In this document: positions 51,569 through 63,195 of the stretch, one piece after another
Layout of the letters: each line of letters opens with the position of its first letter
Position numbering within the stretch: the stretch's first letter is position 1
Assembly (NCBI GenBank): GCA_964016885.1
Contig: OZ024742.1
Coordinates: 96,720,001 to 96,784,000 of the forward strand
DNA: 64,000 nucleotides
Direction: 5' to 3'
Origin: Eledone cirrhosa
Lineage: Eukaryota
Translations under genes and position numbers: made by a program
The notes under the pieces: generated by a model
Told to the model about the DNA's origin: nothing
The model's database searches: none
Seen by the model: only the letters and a program-made list of their open reading frames with translations

Positions 51569-53434
51569 CTATTCAATGGAATACATCCAACAGCGTGTCT
51601 CTCCAAAAACATGATGCTTGACAATGAAATCGATTAAAGATTTCAATTTTTGTTTGAACATACGCGCTGTAATATCATGACGATCCGAAGATGATTGACC
51701 AGGTAACAAAAGTTCTTTAATTTCATCCCACGTAGGATTGCATGTGAATGTAATGAACAAATCTGGACGGCCATATGCGCGAACATATGTCATTGCATCT
51801 TGTGCGTATTCATGCATGTGCCGTGGACTCCCTGTAAATGTAGCCGGCAGTATGACCATTTTCCCCAATTCATTAGGATTCATATTGCCATCATTAAGAA
51901 TGGCATCACGTAAATGAATGTACTCTTCTGAACGTAGCTTGGTTTGATTCAATCGAATGTAGAGAAGTCGTTCGGTTTCGATTTTTGCATACATATCGAC
52001 AATGTATTGATGGAACAATTGTCTACATTTCAAAATATGATTTTCACCGTTTTCACGAATCATTAATCTATATGAATAATAATTCATGGCACTGACTTTC
52101 TTATTCGTTTCCTCATCTGTTTCTGGATTTCTCAGTTTGATGTTGAAATGATATCCATCTTCTCCTTGCCAAAATAAAATTGGATATTGCAATCCATCGT
52201 ATGACCGATGCGTTTCTGAGACTCGCTGAACATCACCATTTCTGCGGTGAAGAATTATATCACGCGAGTTAAATTCTTCACCTACTATAACGATCGCCAC
52301 TTCATCAATTGTTGGTGCATTGTACTGTCTTTGATGTTGGCCAACAGCTGTTTTGTCTGCTCTAACTACAATTGTGTAGTCATCATTTGGCATTTGTTCC
52401 AGGGCAGCTCTGAACAATCTAATTAATTTGTTGTGTTGATTGAATAAAGTTTGTAATGCAGTAACAATTTCTCGTTTAGTTCCCGTATTGAATTTGCAAC
52501 GTTGATCTATTTGGTCATCAGTATTTCCCATGAAATAAATTTGAAGAAATTTGTGATCTGCGTCCGGCAGTGGTAGTAGTGATCCAGCACGATGATAAAT
52601 TTTCCCTTGCACTTTGAATGTTGGCATGTAATTCTCGCGCACGATATTTGTTGCACCGAACGATGTCATTTGGAAACATGAATTGTACTTGCGTATGTTT
52701 GCCAAGAAATGTTTAGATTCGCTTGTGTCACCTGATACTAACGTTGATAATGGTTCAGGTGGTGGATGTAATTCTGGCAATTTCACTTTTCCACCCGAGC
52801 AGCACATTCCTGGTGTTTCATTTTTAAATTTGAGGGCACCACAATACCCGCATAATTTATCCATTTTTCCAATAATCACACTTGGATGAAGACTGTAATC
52901 ACAATTTGAATCGTAATGAAATGCACCAAGATTGAAATCATCGTGCAGTATTCTTCTTGTGAGAGCATTGCGTAGTCGATTCGTTTCCAATCTTGCTTTC
53001 CGTTGCTCGTCTGTTTCAGATGAACGGGCTTGAGCAGTTGTTACTCGAACGGTTTGCAATCTTGCCTCCCGTTGCTCGTATGTTTCAGATGAACGGGCTT
53101 GAGCAGTTCTTACTCGAACGGTTTGCAATCTTGCTTCCCGTTGCTCGTATGTTTCAGATGAACGAGCTTGAGCAGTTCTTACTCGAACGGTTTGCAATCT
53201 TGCTTCCCGTTGCTCGTATGTTTCAGATGAACGGGCTTGAGCAGTTCTTACTCGAACGGTTTCCAATCGTGATTCCCGTTGCTCGTATGTTTCAGATGAA
53301 CGGGCTTGAGCAGTTCTTACTCGAACGGTTTCCAATAGTGATTCCCGTTGCTCGTATGTTTCTGAAGCTCGTAATGCATATTTTTTCGTTGCTTGAGGGG
53401 TAGATTGACCAATCGCTCGTCGTTTGGGAGGCAT
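51569..53434 (-). CDS. Helitron RepHel segment 1: STPR-like repeats, Zn finger, Helitron_like_N / Rep motif 1
   Basis: 23-aa repeats, CGYC...CC, ILPATFTGSPRHM, PDLFITFTCNP. Ends at a premature TAG within E(W)QKRGLPHAH. Confidence 0.9.
   Translation of the reverse strand: MPPKRRAIGQSTPQATKKYALRASETYEQRESLLETVRVRTAQARSSETYEQRESRLETVRVRTAQARSSETYEQREARLQTVRVRTAQARSSETYEQREARLQTVRVRTAQARSSETYEQREARLQTVRVTTAQARSSETDEQRKARLETNRLRNALTRRILHDDFNLGAFHYDSNCDYSLHPSVIIGKMDKLCGYCGALKFKNETPGMCCSGGKVKLPELHPPPEPLSTLVSGDTSESKHFLANIRKYNSCFQMTSFGATNIVRENYMPTFKVQGKIYHRAGSLLPLPDADHKFLQIYFMGNTDDQIDQRCKFNTGTKREIVTALQTLFNQHNKLIRLFRAALEQMPNDDYTIVVRADKTAVGQHQRQYNAPTIDEVAIVIVGEEFNSRDIILHRRNGDVQRVSETHRSYDGLQYPILFWQGEDGYHFNIKLRNPETDEETNKKVSAMNYYSYRLMIRENGENHILKCRQLFHQYIVDMYAKIETERLLYIRLNQTKLRSEEYIHLRDAILNDGNMNPNELGKMVILPATFTGSPRHMHEYAQDAMTYVRAYGRPDLFITFTCNPTWDEIKELLLPGQSSSDRHDITARMFKQKLKSLIDFIVKHHVFGETRCWMYSIE
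52975..53375 (-). repeat. Coding 69-bp tandem repeat (~6 units)
   Basis: (SSETYEQREARLQTVRVRTAQAR)n. Confidence 0.95.
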
Positions 53435-54687
53435 AATTGAATAGAAAATATTTTATCACAATCACTCTACCGAAATGAGAAGTAGTGTGAAATACGTATG
53501 AAGAACTCAATGTAATCGAAATGTAGAAGGAGTCATAACCAATATGTATGTGTTGATTGATGATATAAACAATTGTAAAAGCAGAGTGAAAATAATACAA
53601 ATTATTCAGACAAAATAACACGTACCTCAGTCCTTCATCAGAAAATTACAGTATATAAGGAAAATGGATCATGGTATTATAAGTGATCATTGTTTATGTG
53701 GTAGGGTAATAAAACTAAAAATATAAAACCAAAGTATGAAGAAATAAGTAGTAACTTCTATAGAGATAAAGGTAGGGAAGGTAAGCTGCTGGTGTAAGTC
53801 CAGGTCAGGAAAATAAGGACAGACGAAATGAGGATATCAAATTACAACAGTTAGTGGCTATAAGATAGCTAGAGTAGAAATTCTAGTGATTGGCTATAAG
53901 ATAGCTAGAGTAGAAATTCTAGTGATAATAGTGGAAGAGAGATATAATATTTTAAGAATATTAAAACACCAAGGTATTATAATATTTTAAGAATATCAAA
54001 ACACCAAGGTATTAAAAAGGAAACCCAGAAACGGTATATGGAGAAATGATGAAAAACAGGAAAAAACTCTATATAGATACATAGACTAAAAGAAAAGGAT
54101 GAAGAAATAAGTAGTAACTTCTATAGAGATAAAGGTAGAGAAGATAAGCTGTTGGTTTATGTCCAGGTCAGGAAAATTAGGACAGACGAAAGGAAGATAT
54201 CAAATTACAGCACTTAGTTAAGGGCTAGCTGAAAAAGAATTCCCTGTAATGGGAGTGGAAGGGAAGTAATGTGAAACAGACACTATACTAATTCTATTGA
54301 AATTATATTAAATTAAAGAGAGAATTTACTAATTCTATTGAAATTATATTAAATTAAAGAGAGAATACTAATTCTATTGAAATTATCTTTAATTAAAAAA
54401 ATTTCACACTCGCTCTTTCACTCACTCTTTGTCTATACGTTGATTTCTCTTTCTCCGTTTATAGCACTCTCACTTTGTCTATACGTTGCTCTTTCACTCT
54501 CTCTTTGTCTATACGTTGATTTCTCTTTCTCCGTTTATAACTTTAGAGACAATCTAATATAGGGAGTGGTTCAAAGCAGCCAGACTACTCGCTCTTTCAC
54601 TCTCTGTTTGTCTATACGTTGATTTCTCTTTCTCCGTATATATCTTTGGACAAACAAACATACATTCATTTTTATATATATATAGAT

Positions 54688-56229
54688 ATCATCATCATCA
54701 TCATCACCGTTTTACGTCCGTTCTTCCACGCTAGCATGGGTTAGACGGGTTGTCCTGTTGTGGGCAGTGTCTGGTCGGCTGACCATGCCTTGCTCATACA
54801 GGAACTGATCTGGCTTGATTTCTACAGCTGGATGCCCTTCCTAACACCAACCTCATTTACAGTGAGTGCTGGGTGCTTTTTCGTGGCGCCTACACGTCCA
54901 CTTTACAGTGTGGGCTGGGTGCTTTTTTGCCGTGGCACCTCCACGACCACCTTGCGGTGGGGGGGGGGGGCATATTGTTTATATGCTTCAGCATGTACCC
55001 ATGGGAGGTCGGGTACCCTGTATTACTGCGTGACGCCAGAAGTCACGGTCGTGTGTCATTGACTTTGAGAGGTGTAGTTGGGTAAGGTCGGCTTTTATCA
55101 CCTCATCCCAAGTCATCTTGGGTCTCCCCACTCCGCGGTTTCCATCAACTTCTAGTGCTCTGCACCTTTTTATGCAGCTGTCATCCTTCATACGCATCAC
55201 ATGTCCATACCAGCGTAACCGCCTCTCCTGCACGCAGCATTTGATTCCTCTTATGCTCAGTCTCTCTCTCAATTCATTTATGCTTTGTCGTTCACGTATA
55301 TTACTGTTACACATCCATCGGAGCATGCAGGCTTCGTTTCTCTCTAATCTACGTAAGTCTTCCACCTTCAGCGCCCAGGTCTCACTACCATGCAACATCG
55401 CTGTTCGGATACACGCATCATACAGTCTGCCTTTCATTCTGAGGGAGAAGCCTTTTGCAGCTAGCAGTGGTAGTAGTTCCCTAAACTTCTTCCATCCCGT
55501 TCTTACCCTAGTTATTGTACTTTCTGAGCACCCACCTCCGTTGCTAATTCGGTCACCTAGGTAGCAGAAGCTGTCTACTGTTTCTACAGGGCCCTCCCAG
55601 AGATTGGTGGTACTTGTTTCCTGTGGCTGTTTGCTTGCTGTTTCAGCACAGCTGCTGCATGTGAATCCTACATTCTTAATTAAGCTTCCTGAGATCCCGC
55701 TACATCTCTTGTGTACCCATTGTTTGCATTTGGGGCAAAGAATGGAGTTCCTACCTACACCTTTCCTACATACTGAGCAAGGCCATTTCCCTGAGGGGAT
55801 CTGGGTTCTGTTTTCTCGTCTACTTATAAGGACCTTAGTCTTTGTCATGTTGACTTTGAGGCCCTTTCTCTCTAGTCCCTGCTTCCAGGTTTGGAATTTA
55901 TTCTCTAGTTCTACCATAGATTCAGCTATGAGTGCGAGGTCATCAGCATACAGGAGTTCCCATGGGCATCCGGTCTTAAACTCCTCCGTTATTGCCTGCA
56001 GGACTATGATGAACAGGAGAGGGCTAAGAACAGAGCCCTGGTGGACCCCAACCTGTACGCTAAATTCCTCGCTATACTCATTGCCAATCCTAACTTTGCT
56101 GACTGCTCCCCTATACATGGCTTGTACCGCTTTCACAAGCCATTCATCTACTCCTAGTTTTCTAAGAGCCCACCAGATTACTGCACGTGGAACTCTGTCA
56201 AAGGCTTTCTCAAGGTCGACAAATGCCAA
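54688..56229 (-). mobile_element. RTE LINE, 5'-truncated, with open RT ORF
   Basis: [41 protein letters not shown], and a (GAT)n tail. Confidence 0.95.
54988..56229 (-). CDS. RTE reverse transcriptase (partial) with embedded PHD-like zinc finger
   Basis: Uninterrupted ~410 codons containing CSVC-x10-CPKC-x4-H-x2-C-x14-CSSC. Confidence 0.88.
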   Translation of the reverse strand: MAFVDLEKAFDRVPRAVIWWALRKLGVDEWLVKAVQAMYRGAVSKVRIGNEYSEEFSVQVGVHQGSVLSPLLFIIVLQAITEEFKTGCPWELLYADDLALIAESMVELENKFQTWKQGLERKGLKVNMTKTKVLISRRENRTQIPSGKWPCSVCRKGVGRNSILCPKCKQWVHKRCSGISGSLIKNVGFTCSSCAETASKQPQETSTTNLWEGPVETVDSFCYLGDRISNGGGCSESTITRVRTGWKKFRELLPLLAAKGFSLRMKGRLYDACIRTAMLHGSETWALKVEDLRRLERNEACMLRWMCNSNIRERQSINELRERLSIRGIKCCVQERRLRWYGHVMRMKDDSCIKRCRALEVDGNRGVGRPKMTWDEVIKADLTQLHLSKSMTHDRDFWRHAVIQGTRPPMGTC

Positions 56230-56416
<187 letters not shown>

Positions 56417-56489
56417 GAGTTATTAACTCATATTGATACCCTGCAATTAACAAGCTCAAAGTATAAATACTGAGCATTTTAATAATAAT

Positions 56490-56938
56490 ATATGTAGAAA
56501 TAAATGCAGTAAATTCTGCGTCTAAAATTACGAGGGTAGATTATACTACAAATGTTTTATATATTTAAACTGAAGCATACAGTAAGATACAAGATTTCCT
56601 ATACATACCGTATCAATAACTATTTCATCTCTCGGACAGACTAAAGATTTAATCTGTTTCGCCCTGAAAATTGTGTTTGTAACAGATAATCCTTAGGCAT
56701 TTCATCTGCGAGAGATTAGATTAAATGAAACAAAATACATCTAACAAGAACTCACGGAAGTAAATAATGCACTTCGTGGGTTGAAAGCTATACGTGGTGT
56801 GAGTGGTTATGCTAGAAATAATAGCCTTATTACACTCATCTTATAAGCTCACCTAGATAGGGAGCCAAACAAAAATTTGTGGTATAATCTACCCTCGTAA
56901 TTTTAGACGCAGAATTGACTGTCTTCATTTCTACATAT
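56490..56938. mobile_element. Fold-back element with internal hammerhead-like motif
   Basis: Inverted arms 56490-56553 / 56875-56938. Confidence 0.7.
56628..56715 (-). ncRNA. Type I hammerhead ribozyme variant with full stem III (candidate)
   Basis: TCTCTCG-CAGATGA-..GCC..GGC-GAAA-CAGATTAAA-TC-TTTAGTCTG-TC-CGAGAGA. Confidence 0.6.
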
Positions 56939-57139
56939 ATTATTTATATATATATATATAAACGGAAAAAATGAAACGTCTGTATACATATATGTATGTA
57001 CGTGTACATACCTATATATGTATATATATATACATATAAATAATTATATATATATATATTTATATATATATATGTTTGACTCCTGCGTTTAATTCGAGTA
57101 ACCACAGTAAATGGAGTACTCAATATATTAGTAGAGTAT

Positions 57140-57280
57140 ATACAAAATTTAATCTAAAAATGGCTTCTACAGGACAAGAACTGTTTCATTAAAAAGAAAT
57201 CATCAGGGTTTTCATGATGATTTGTTTTGAATGAAACAGTTCTGGTTCTGTAGAAGCCATTTCTATATTAAATTTTATAT
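57140..57280. mobile_element. Palindrome of two opposed, decayed hammerhead-like motifs
   Basis: Arms 57144-57205 / 57214-57277, each with (C)TGATGATTT...AATGAAACAGTTC. Confidence 0.6.
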
Positions 57281-58521
57281 ATATATATATATATATTAAT
57301 ATATACAGTATATTAATAAAAGATCGGAGGTCATATTCAGTTGATTCATGTTTATTGAAAACTCTGTTATACATATTTCCCTGAGGACTATCAGTTATGG
57401 TAGACAGCAAAACCTAAAATAAACATTGAAAGATCCCAAGAAACTTTTAACTTTGGAAAAGTCCAATAATTTCCCTGAAAAGTTTTTCTTTTCATGATAC
57501 ATGGGGTCAAGTGAATGCTTAGTATTGTTCCTTCAACGACCGGCCTCTGTACCTATATATCTCTCTCTATATATATATATAGTTAATGCCTTTATGGTAA
57601 ATAAAGAAATATATATATATATAGTAAGTAGTTCGTGCCTGATGGCTGAACTCATACCAATTTAACAGTGTTAAACACACTCAGTACACACTGTAAAGTG
57701 GTTGGTTATAGAAAGAGCATCAAGCCATAGAAAGCTTGCCTAACAAAGGAATGGGGAGACCCTCTGTTGTCTGAAAGACATGACAACCTCACCTGTACAT
57801 AAGCAAGATTGCATAGCTCTGGCTTGTCTAGGAGATAAATAGCCACCACTTCAGTACTGACTTGGTCTATGTAGCCCCATCAAACCCTTGCTAGCAGAGA
57901 AAGCAGATATAAAAAAGATGATGATGATGTATAAACATAAGTTTAAAAGATATATAGAAAGAGAAAAAGGCATATATCATTTGAGAAACACACAGCATTT
58001 TGTACATATATATAAAGAAAATAATATGTAGGGAAAAATACATATTTCAAGGTGATAACATTTTTACCATCTTAAAGTATGTATAGTTTCCTACAAAACA
58101 TTTGCTCTATATATGTGTGTATGTATATATGTGTATGTATATGTGTGTATGTATGTTTGCATGCGCATTTTACCATGGGTTTTTCAATTGCTACTATCAT
58201 TCTTTCAGTTGCAACTCCTAGCAGATGGTGCTTTGTTAGTGTTCGAACAGATTCATCCTGCCTAAGCTGGTTGTGTCCATGGATACATCACTCAAAATTG
58301 TGTTGATCCATGTCACATATCAAATTTTTTTATAACTGCTTCCACCACATAACACTGCCCAACCACGCAGCAACATTCAAAGGGTCTATTGGTGTTGCTG
58401 TTGGAAGTTCTTCTCTTAACTGAGCTGTACACTTAGCCTTACCTACCATAATTGAACCATCCTTGAGACATAGCTCATTTAATCATACAAATATGCCATA
58501 TGGAGGCACACTAAGCCATAT

Positions 58522-58869
58522 GGAGGCACATGGCTTAGTGGTTAGAGCATTGGCCTTGCAATCGAAAGGTTGTTAGTTCAATTCTCAGACTGGGTGATGT
58601 GTTGTTTCCTTGAGCAAGACACTTTATTTCACATTGCTCCAGTTTACTCAGCTGTAGAAATGAGATGGTAGGGACTGGGGTCCCTATCATTCCACTGTAA
58701 AGTGGTCGTGGAGGTGCCACGGCAAAAAAGCACCCAGCACTCACTGTAAATGAGGTTGGTGTTAGGAAGGGCATCCAGCTGTAGAAATCAAGCCAGTATC
58801 AGTTCCCGTCCCACCCTTGCAAGCAGGGAAAAAGCGGACGTAAAATGAAATGATGATGATGATGATGAT
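58522..58869 (+). mobile_element. SINE family 2 with RTE-derived 3' tail
   Basis: Nearly identical to 42757-43107, with a (GAT)n tail. Confidence 0.9.
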
Positions 58870-60947
58870 GCAAGTTATCCACACTATACCAATGCAAGAA
58901 TTATTCTACCATCTTCTATATATATACATGCAATTACACAAGTATATACTTGTATATATAAGCACAATATTGGATAACCTGCAGAAATATGAACACTGAT
59001 GGTGGAGCAAAACATTTAGCATGAGTTTGTTTCCATTGTTCAATTGGAAGATTGACTGAGATGAAATGAGATAATAATGGCAAAATACCTCCTGTACATC
59101 TGTATGTGTAACAAAGCAATACACATTTATGTGCTTTTGGGTTTGTCTATACATATGGCCTAATTTTTAAAATATTCTCAGACATCATGAGTAGTAGCAG
59201 CAATGGTAATAGTACTAGCAGCAGCAGAAGTTGTATTTGTCATAGCAAGAAGAGCAGTATCATTTCTTACTTCTTATTACTTCTGGTGAGAAGATTTTGG
59301 CATGAAGCCAAACGTATATCTTGTATAAGACAATTTATCTTACAACTATTGACATTCTGCTCAGGGGTCAATTCCTTTGAAAATGGGCCTCTTTCCACAT
59401 TTCTTGCCAAAATATTGTGGTCTCTAGCAACTCACTGATTTACAAAATGTTCTGTTTTCATTAGTTTGCAATTAACAAGAATTTTGACCTTATTCTGATG
59501 AGGAGTTTGACCTTAACTTTTAGAAAATTTACTGCTGAATTTATTACTTTGCATTAAGAAAATAAATACCAAATCAGATTTCTGCCGAGACATTGTCAAA
59601 TTATTGATTGTCGCTAGTTCTGTTCATTTTTAGAATTGTTTTTTGTCATCATAAATGGTTTATAATATGTTTGGAGAAATTTTGTTATGTTAAGTTTTCT
59701 TGTTTGCAAGAGTGTCAACTTAACACCGTTGAAAAATGTCCTTTACTATAGCCTCTGGTTGACTAATGACTTGTAAATCAAATTTGCTTGATAGAAGCTG
59801 TGCAAAAGTCTTTCATGTATATATATATATACCCTCTAACAATTCTGCCTATTAACTATGTCTGGCATATATGATAACTACACAGAATCCCAAGAACAAA
59901 CAGGTGTGCTGCTTGAAGAAATAGCTAAATATTACTTAAATCTTATGCTACCATTATGAAAAAGGAAAGAAGAGACTTGTTTACAGCTGAGTTGACTCTG
60001 ATCATAGATGGTTCAGAGTCAATTTACAGCTAAATAATCTTAATAATTCTATATAGAGTACTCCAATAACTGAGGTGCCATACAGTGAGATTAAACCCAG
60101 AACCACATATTTGAAAAGTAAACTGTTTAAGCCCATGTTCATGCTTACGCTCATATGTCATCCATTCTTTTGATACCAAGCCATCTGGATCTGATACAAA
60201 ACTAATTATTCTAAAGTGTTTAGATTTATCTAAATGCCTTTGATCATAATTTTACATATAAACATCTGTTGTTCTAAACATCAGCTGAATAATGAGAAAG
60301 TTATTTGTATTACAAATTCCCTTTAAATATTTGATTATTTTTGAAAACCATTTGAAAATCCTGAGTAGTGTCTTTCATTAGAAATATGTAATGAAAGGGT
60401 TAATGATGGAAAATAGCTGACCTGAATGAAAATCAACATGAGAGGCAATGATGACACAAATAATTAAGGATCAATGTACTGAATGCTGTATGCAAACGGA
60501 ATTCTTAATTAATTAAAATTTCCCCCTGAGCTGGAGAAAAAAAAAACAAGGTAACAAATATTGGAAGCTCTTAAAGCAAAGGGGAAATAATTTCTAGAAT
60601 TTAAGAATTAATCTTTTAACGTTAATTTACAGGCTTGGAGCAAGGAAATTTGATCTTTGTTTGCAGACAAAAGACAACTATGGACATGTTTAATCTATTA
60701 GACCTCATCAGCATAATATAGTCTAAACAGGCCTGTTTGATGGGTTGACAAAGATTTTTGAATATAGAAACGGAGTTACAAATAATTTGTATAATTTAGA
60801 TAATTAAATAAAAAATAATCTGTAATTTGCATTATCAAAAAATATAATGACTTAAGGAAGATTTCTTGAATGAGCCAATGGCATGAACTTTGATAATTAA
60901 GTTAAACAGTTCTGAACAGAATAGCATATGCAAAAAATAAATTTTAA

Positions 60948-61193
60948 TTAACCCTTTTGTTATGATATTCTTAACAAAAGGCTGTCTATGATTTTCAAAT
61001 AAATTTGAAAATAATTGAGACTTTGCAGTGATTTAGTAATATGAGTGTTTGATGTTATCGGTGGTGTTTGGAATATGACTTAACATATAGACTTATATAG
61101 AATTATTGTCAAAGTTTTAAATTTAAATCTAAGCATATTAAAATAAATAGGCTTATATCAGGTTACCAGGGGCAATTTAATATCAAAGGGGTT
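60948..61193. mobile_element. piggyBac-type MITE, decayed
   Basis: TTAACCCTTTTGTTAT ... ATATCAAAGGGGTT. Confidence 0.5.
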
Positions 61194-61882
61194 TGGCAAA
61201 ATCTTCCTTTTAGCTGGAGAAAAAATATGATATTCTATTACAATCATTATTTGACTAATGGTTTCTGATTTAGGCACAAGGCACAGCTAACCTCCGCAGG
61301 ATTTATGTAACTGGCTGAGTTAATGTTGTTTGTTAAGTTGGTAGTTGTAGCTATATTAGATAGTGGCTGTTGATGTTTGGCTCCAGGTCAGCTGTAAGTG
61401 AGAAAATATTTGATGAAATATTTCTTGACCATGGCCATTCTGTCTTTGCAGCAAGTATGAGAGCCAACAACAGGTATTTTCTGTCATATTTGACCTCCTT
61501 AATAAAGCTGAGGCCTCAACACTGTTGTCTATGTAGTGATTAATGGCTCATTATTGAACTCTGTATAATAATTATTTATTTTCATCAATATTTGACCTGT
61601 TCAAGCAAACATAGATCATTTTAATGCTTTAAAAGTTATCAAAGATTCAATAATGTTTTGATATTGAGGCACAGTTATAAGAATTGACAATTTCTTGTTA
61701 TCATTTTGGCACAGAGATAGCAATTGTAACAGACTTTATAGACAAGATCCTTGGAATTCAATAGTTACTCTCAATAGATATCGAAATACTTCACAGCATT
61801 ATCAAAAGATATATGTTGAGACAAATGCATCATAGATATTAAACACAGATTCTTGGAGAAACTTATACAAATAGATGTATTG

Positions 61883-61946
<64 letters not shown>

Positions 61947-62733
61947 CCTATCCCTGAATAAAATTAAGTACATGAAAAGGCAGGTGTACAAATACAATGG
62001 TGAATAAGATGACAATGAGACAGAAGTTGAGGCAAAAATGTCATAGATATTTTTACAAAAAGAGTCTTGGAGAAATTGTTTTAATGATTTTGATTCATTG
62101 ATTTCTGGGTCATAAAAATCCATGCAGCATTTAATCCTAATTTTACAAGAGCCATTCTGAAAAAATATGACAACTAGATTTTTATTCTGAAAAGTAAACA
62201 AAAAAAGAGATGGGAAGAAGTAGAACTGTGATTATCACCACTGCCAGCAGATAAAAACTCAATGTTAAAAACAAAAGATAATAAAACATTATATACTGAT
62301 TCACAATGAATGGTGGATGCCTAAACAACTTCACTTCATAACAGAGAGCCTGAAGATAGATAGATTGGATGTGTAGCTCAAATAATATCAGAGACTATGT
62401 CATAATATGTTCAAGGGAACCTAGCTGTGATCTTCTTTGATAAGAGAACAAAACCATTGCCAATGAAAGCCACAGGCAGCAGAAATGCCACAGAGAATAT
62501 CTATTAGAATATTATGGTGTACGGTATAAAATATGTAGTTAAGAGATCAATCAGTCAAAGGATCTCTCCACTGGTTGTTGTTGTCAATAGCAACTATTGA
62601 AGCCATCATAATTTCAAGGAAACTTCAGGACTGAATTTTCAACATACACATTATTAACTGTCACATTACAATTTCTCATTAAATGATCCTGATGATGATA
62701 TATAAATTCCAAGTGTGTGCGTGTGTGCTTGTG

Positions 62734-63015
62734 TGAAGATGCATGGTAAGGATGTTTGGTTCCCAATTGTAAGGTTCAGAGTTTGATTCCTAGCAGTGCA
62801 TTCTATCCTTCAGATGCTTTATTTCACACTGCTCCAGTCCTATTAGCTTGAGAAAATGAGTTGCACCTTTATTTCAAAGAACAAATCTTGCAATACTGAA
62901 TGTGACTGAGAACTACAGTAAAGGTACATGAGTCTGTGTAATACTAAGCTACTTGTATGGTAATTTCATGAACAGGCTGTTCTGTTGATCAAACAATCAA
63001 AACTGAAGGAGCTCC
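62734..63015 (+). mobile_element. SINE family 2 (tail type a), old
   Basis: Colinear similarity to 883-1195. Confidence 0.6.
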
Positions 63016-63024
63016 AACACACTG

Positions 63025-63195
63025 ATTTCTAACATAGGCATAATGTCAGTTAATTGAGGGAGAGGAAACTTGATTGCATCTACTCCTGAAAGAATAAAAG
63101 GCAAAATTAGCCTTTGTGGGGTTTGAACACAGAATACAAAGCGCCATAACATAAAACATTTGTCCAATGCTGTAATAATTCTGCCAATCTACTCT
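63025..63195 (-). mobile_element. SINE family 1, old internally deleted copy
   Basis: AAAGGCAAAATTAGCCTT..GGGGTTTGAACACAGAA...TTCTGCCAATC. Confidence 0.6.

Larger units (their letters stand above)
48593..54686 (-). mobile_element. Full-length Helitron (formerly autonomous)
   Basis: 5' A|TCTATATATATAAAAATGAATG and 3' imperfect hairpin CTGAGCGAAGCCGGG...CTAG|T. RepHel coding region at 53434-48782. Confidence 0.95.

Noticed and set aside
59187-59438. Possible exon (open frames on both strands, minus-strand GTAAG donor at ~59270)
   Set aside because: Short, with no recognisable homology and no convincing in-frame acceptor.
59490-59540. CTGATGA...GAAA hammerhead candidate
   Set aside because: No stem I pairing, extra bases before GAAA and no inverted-arm context.
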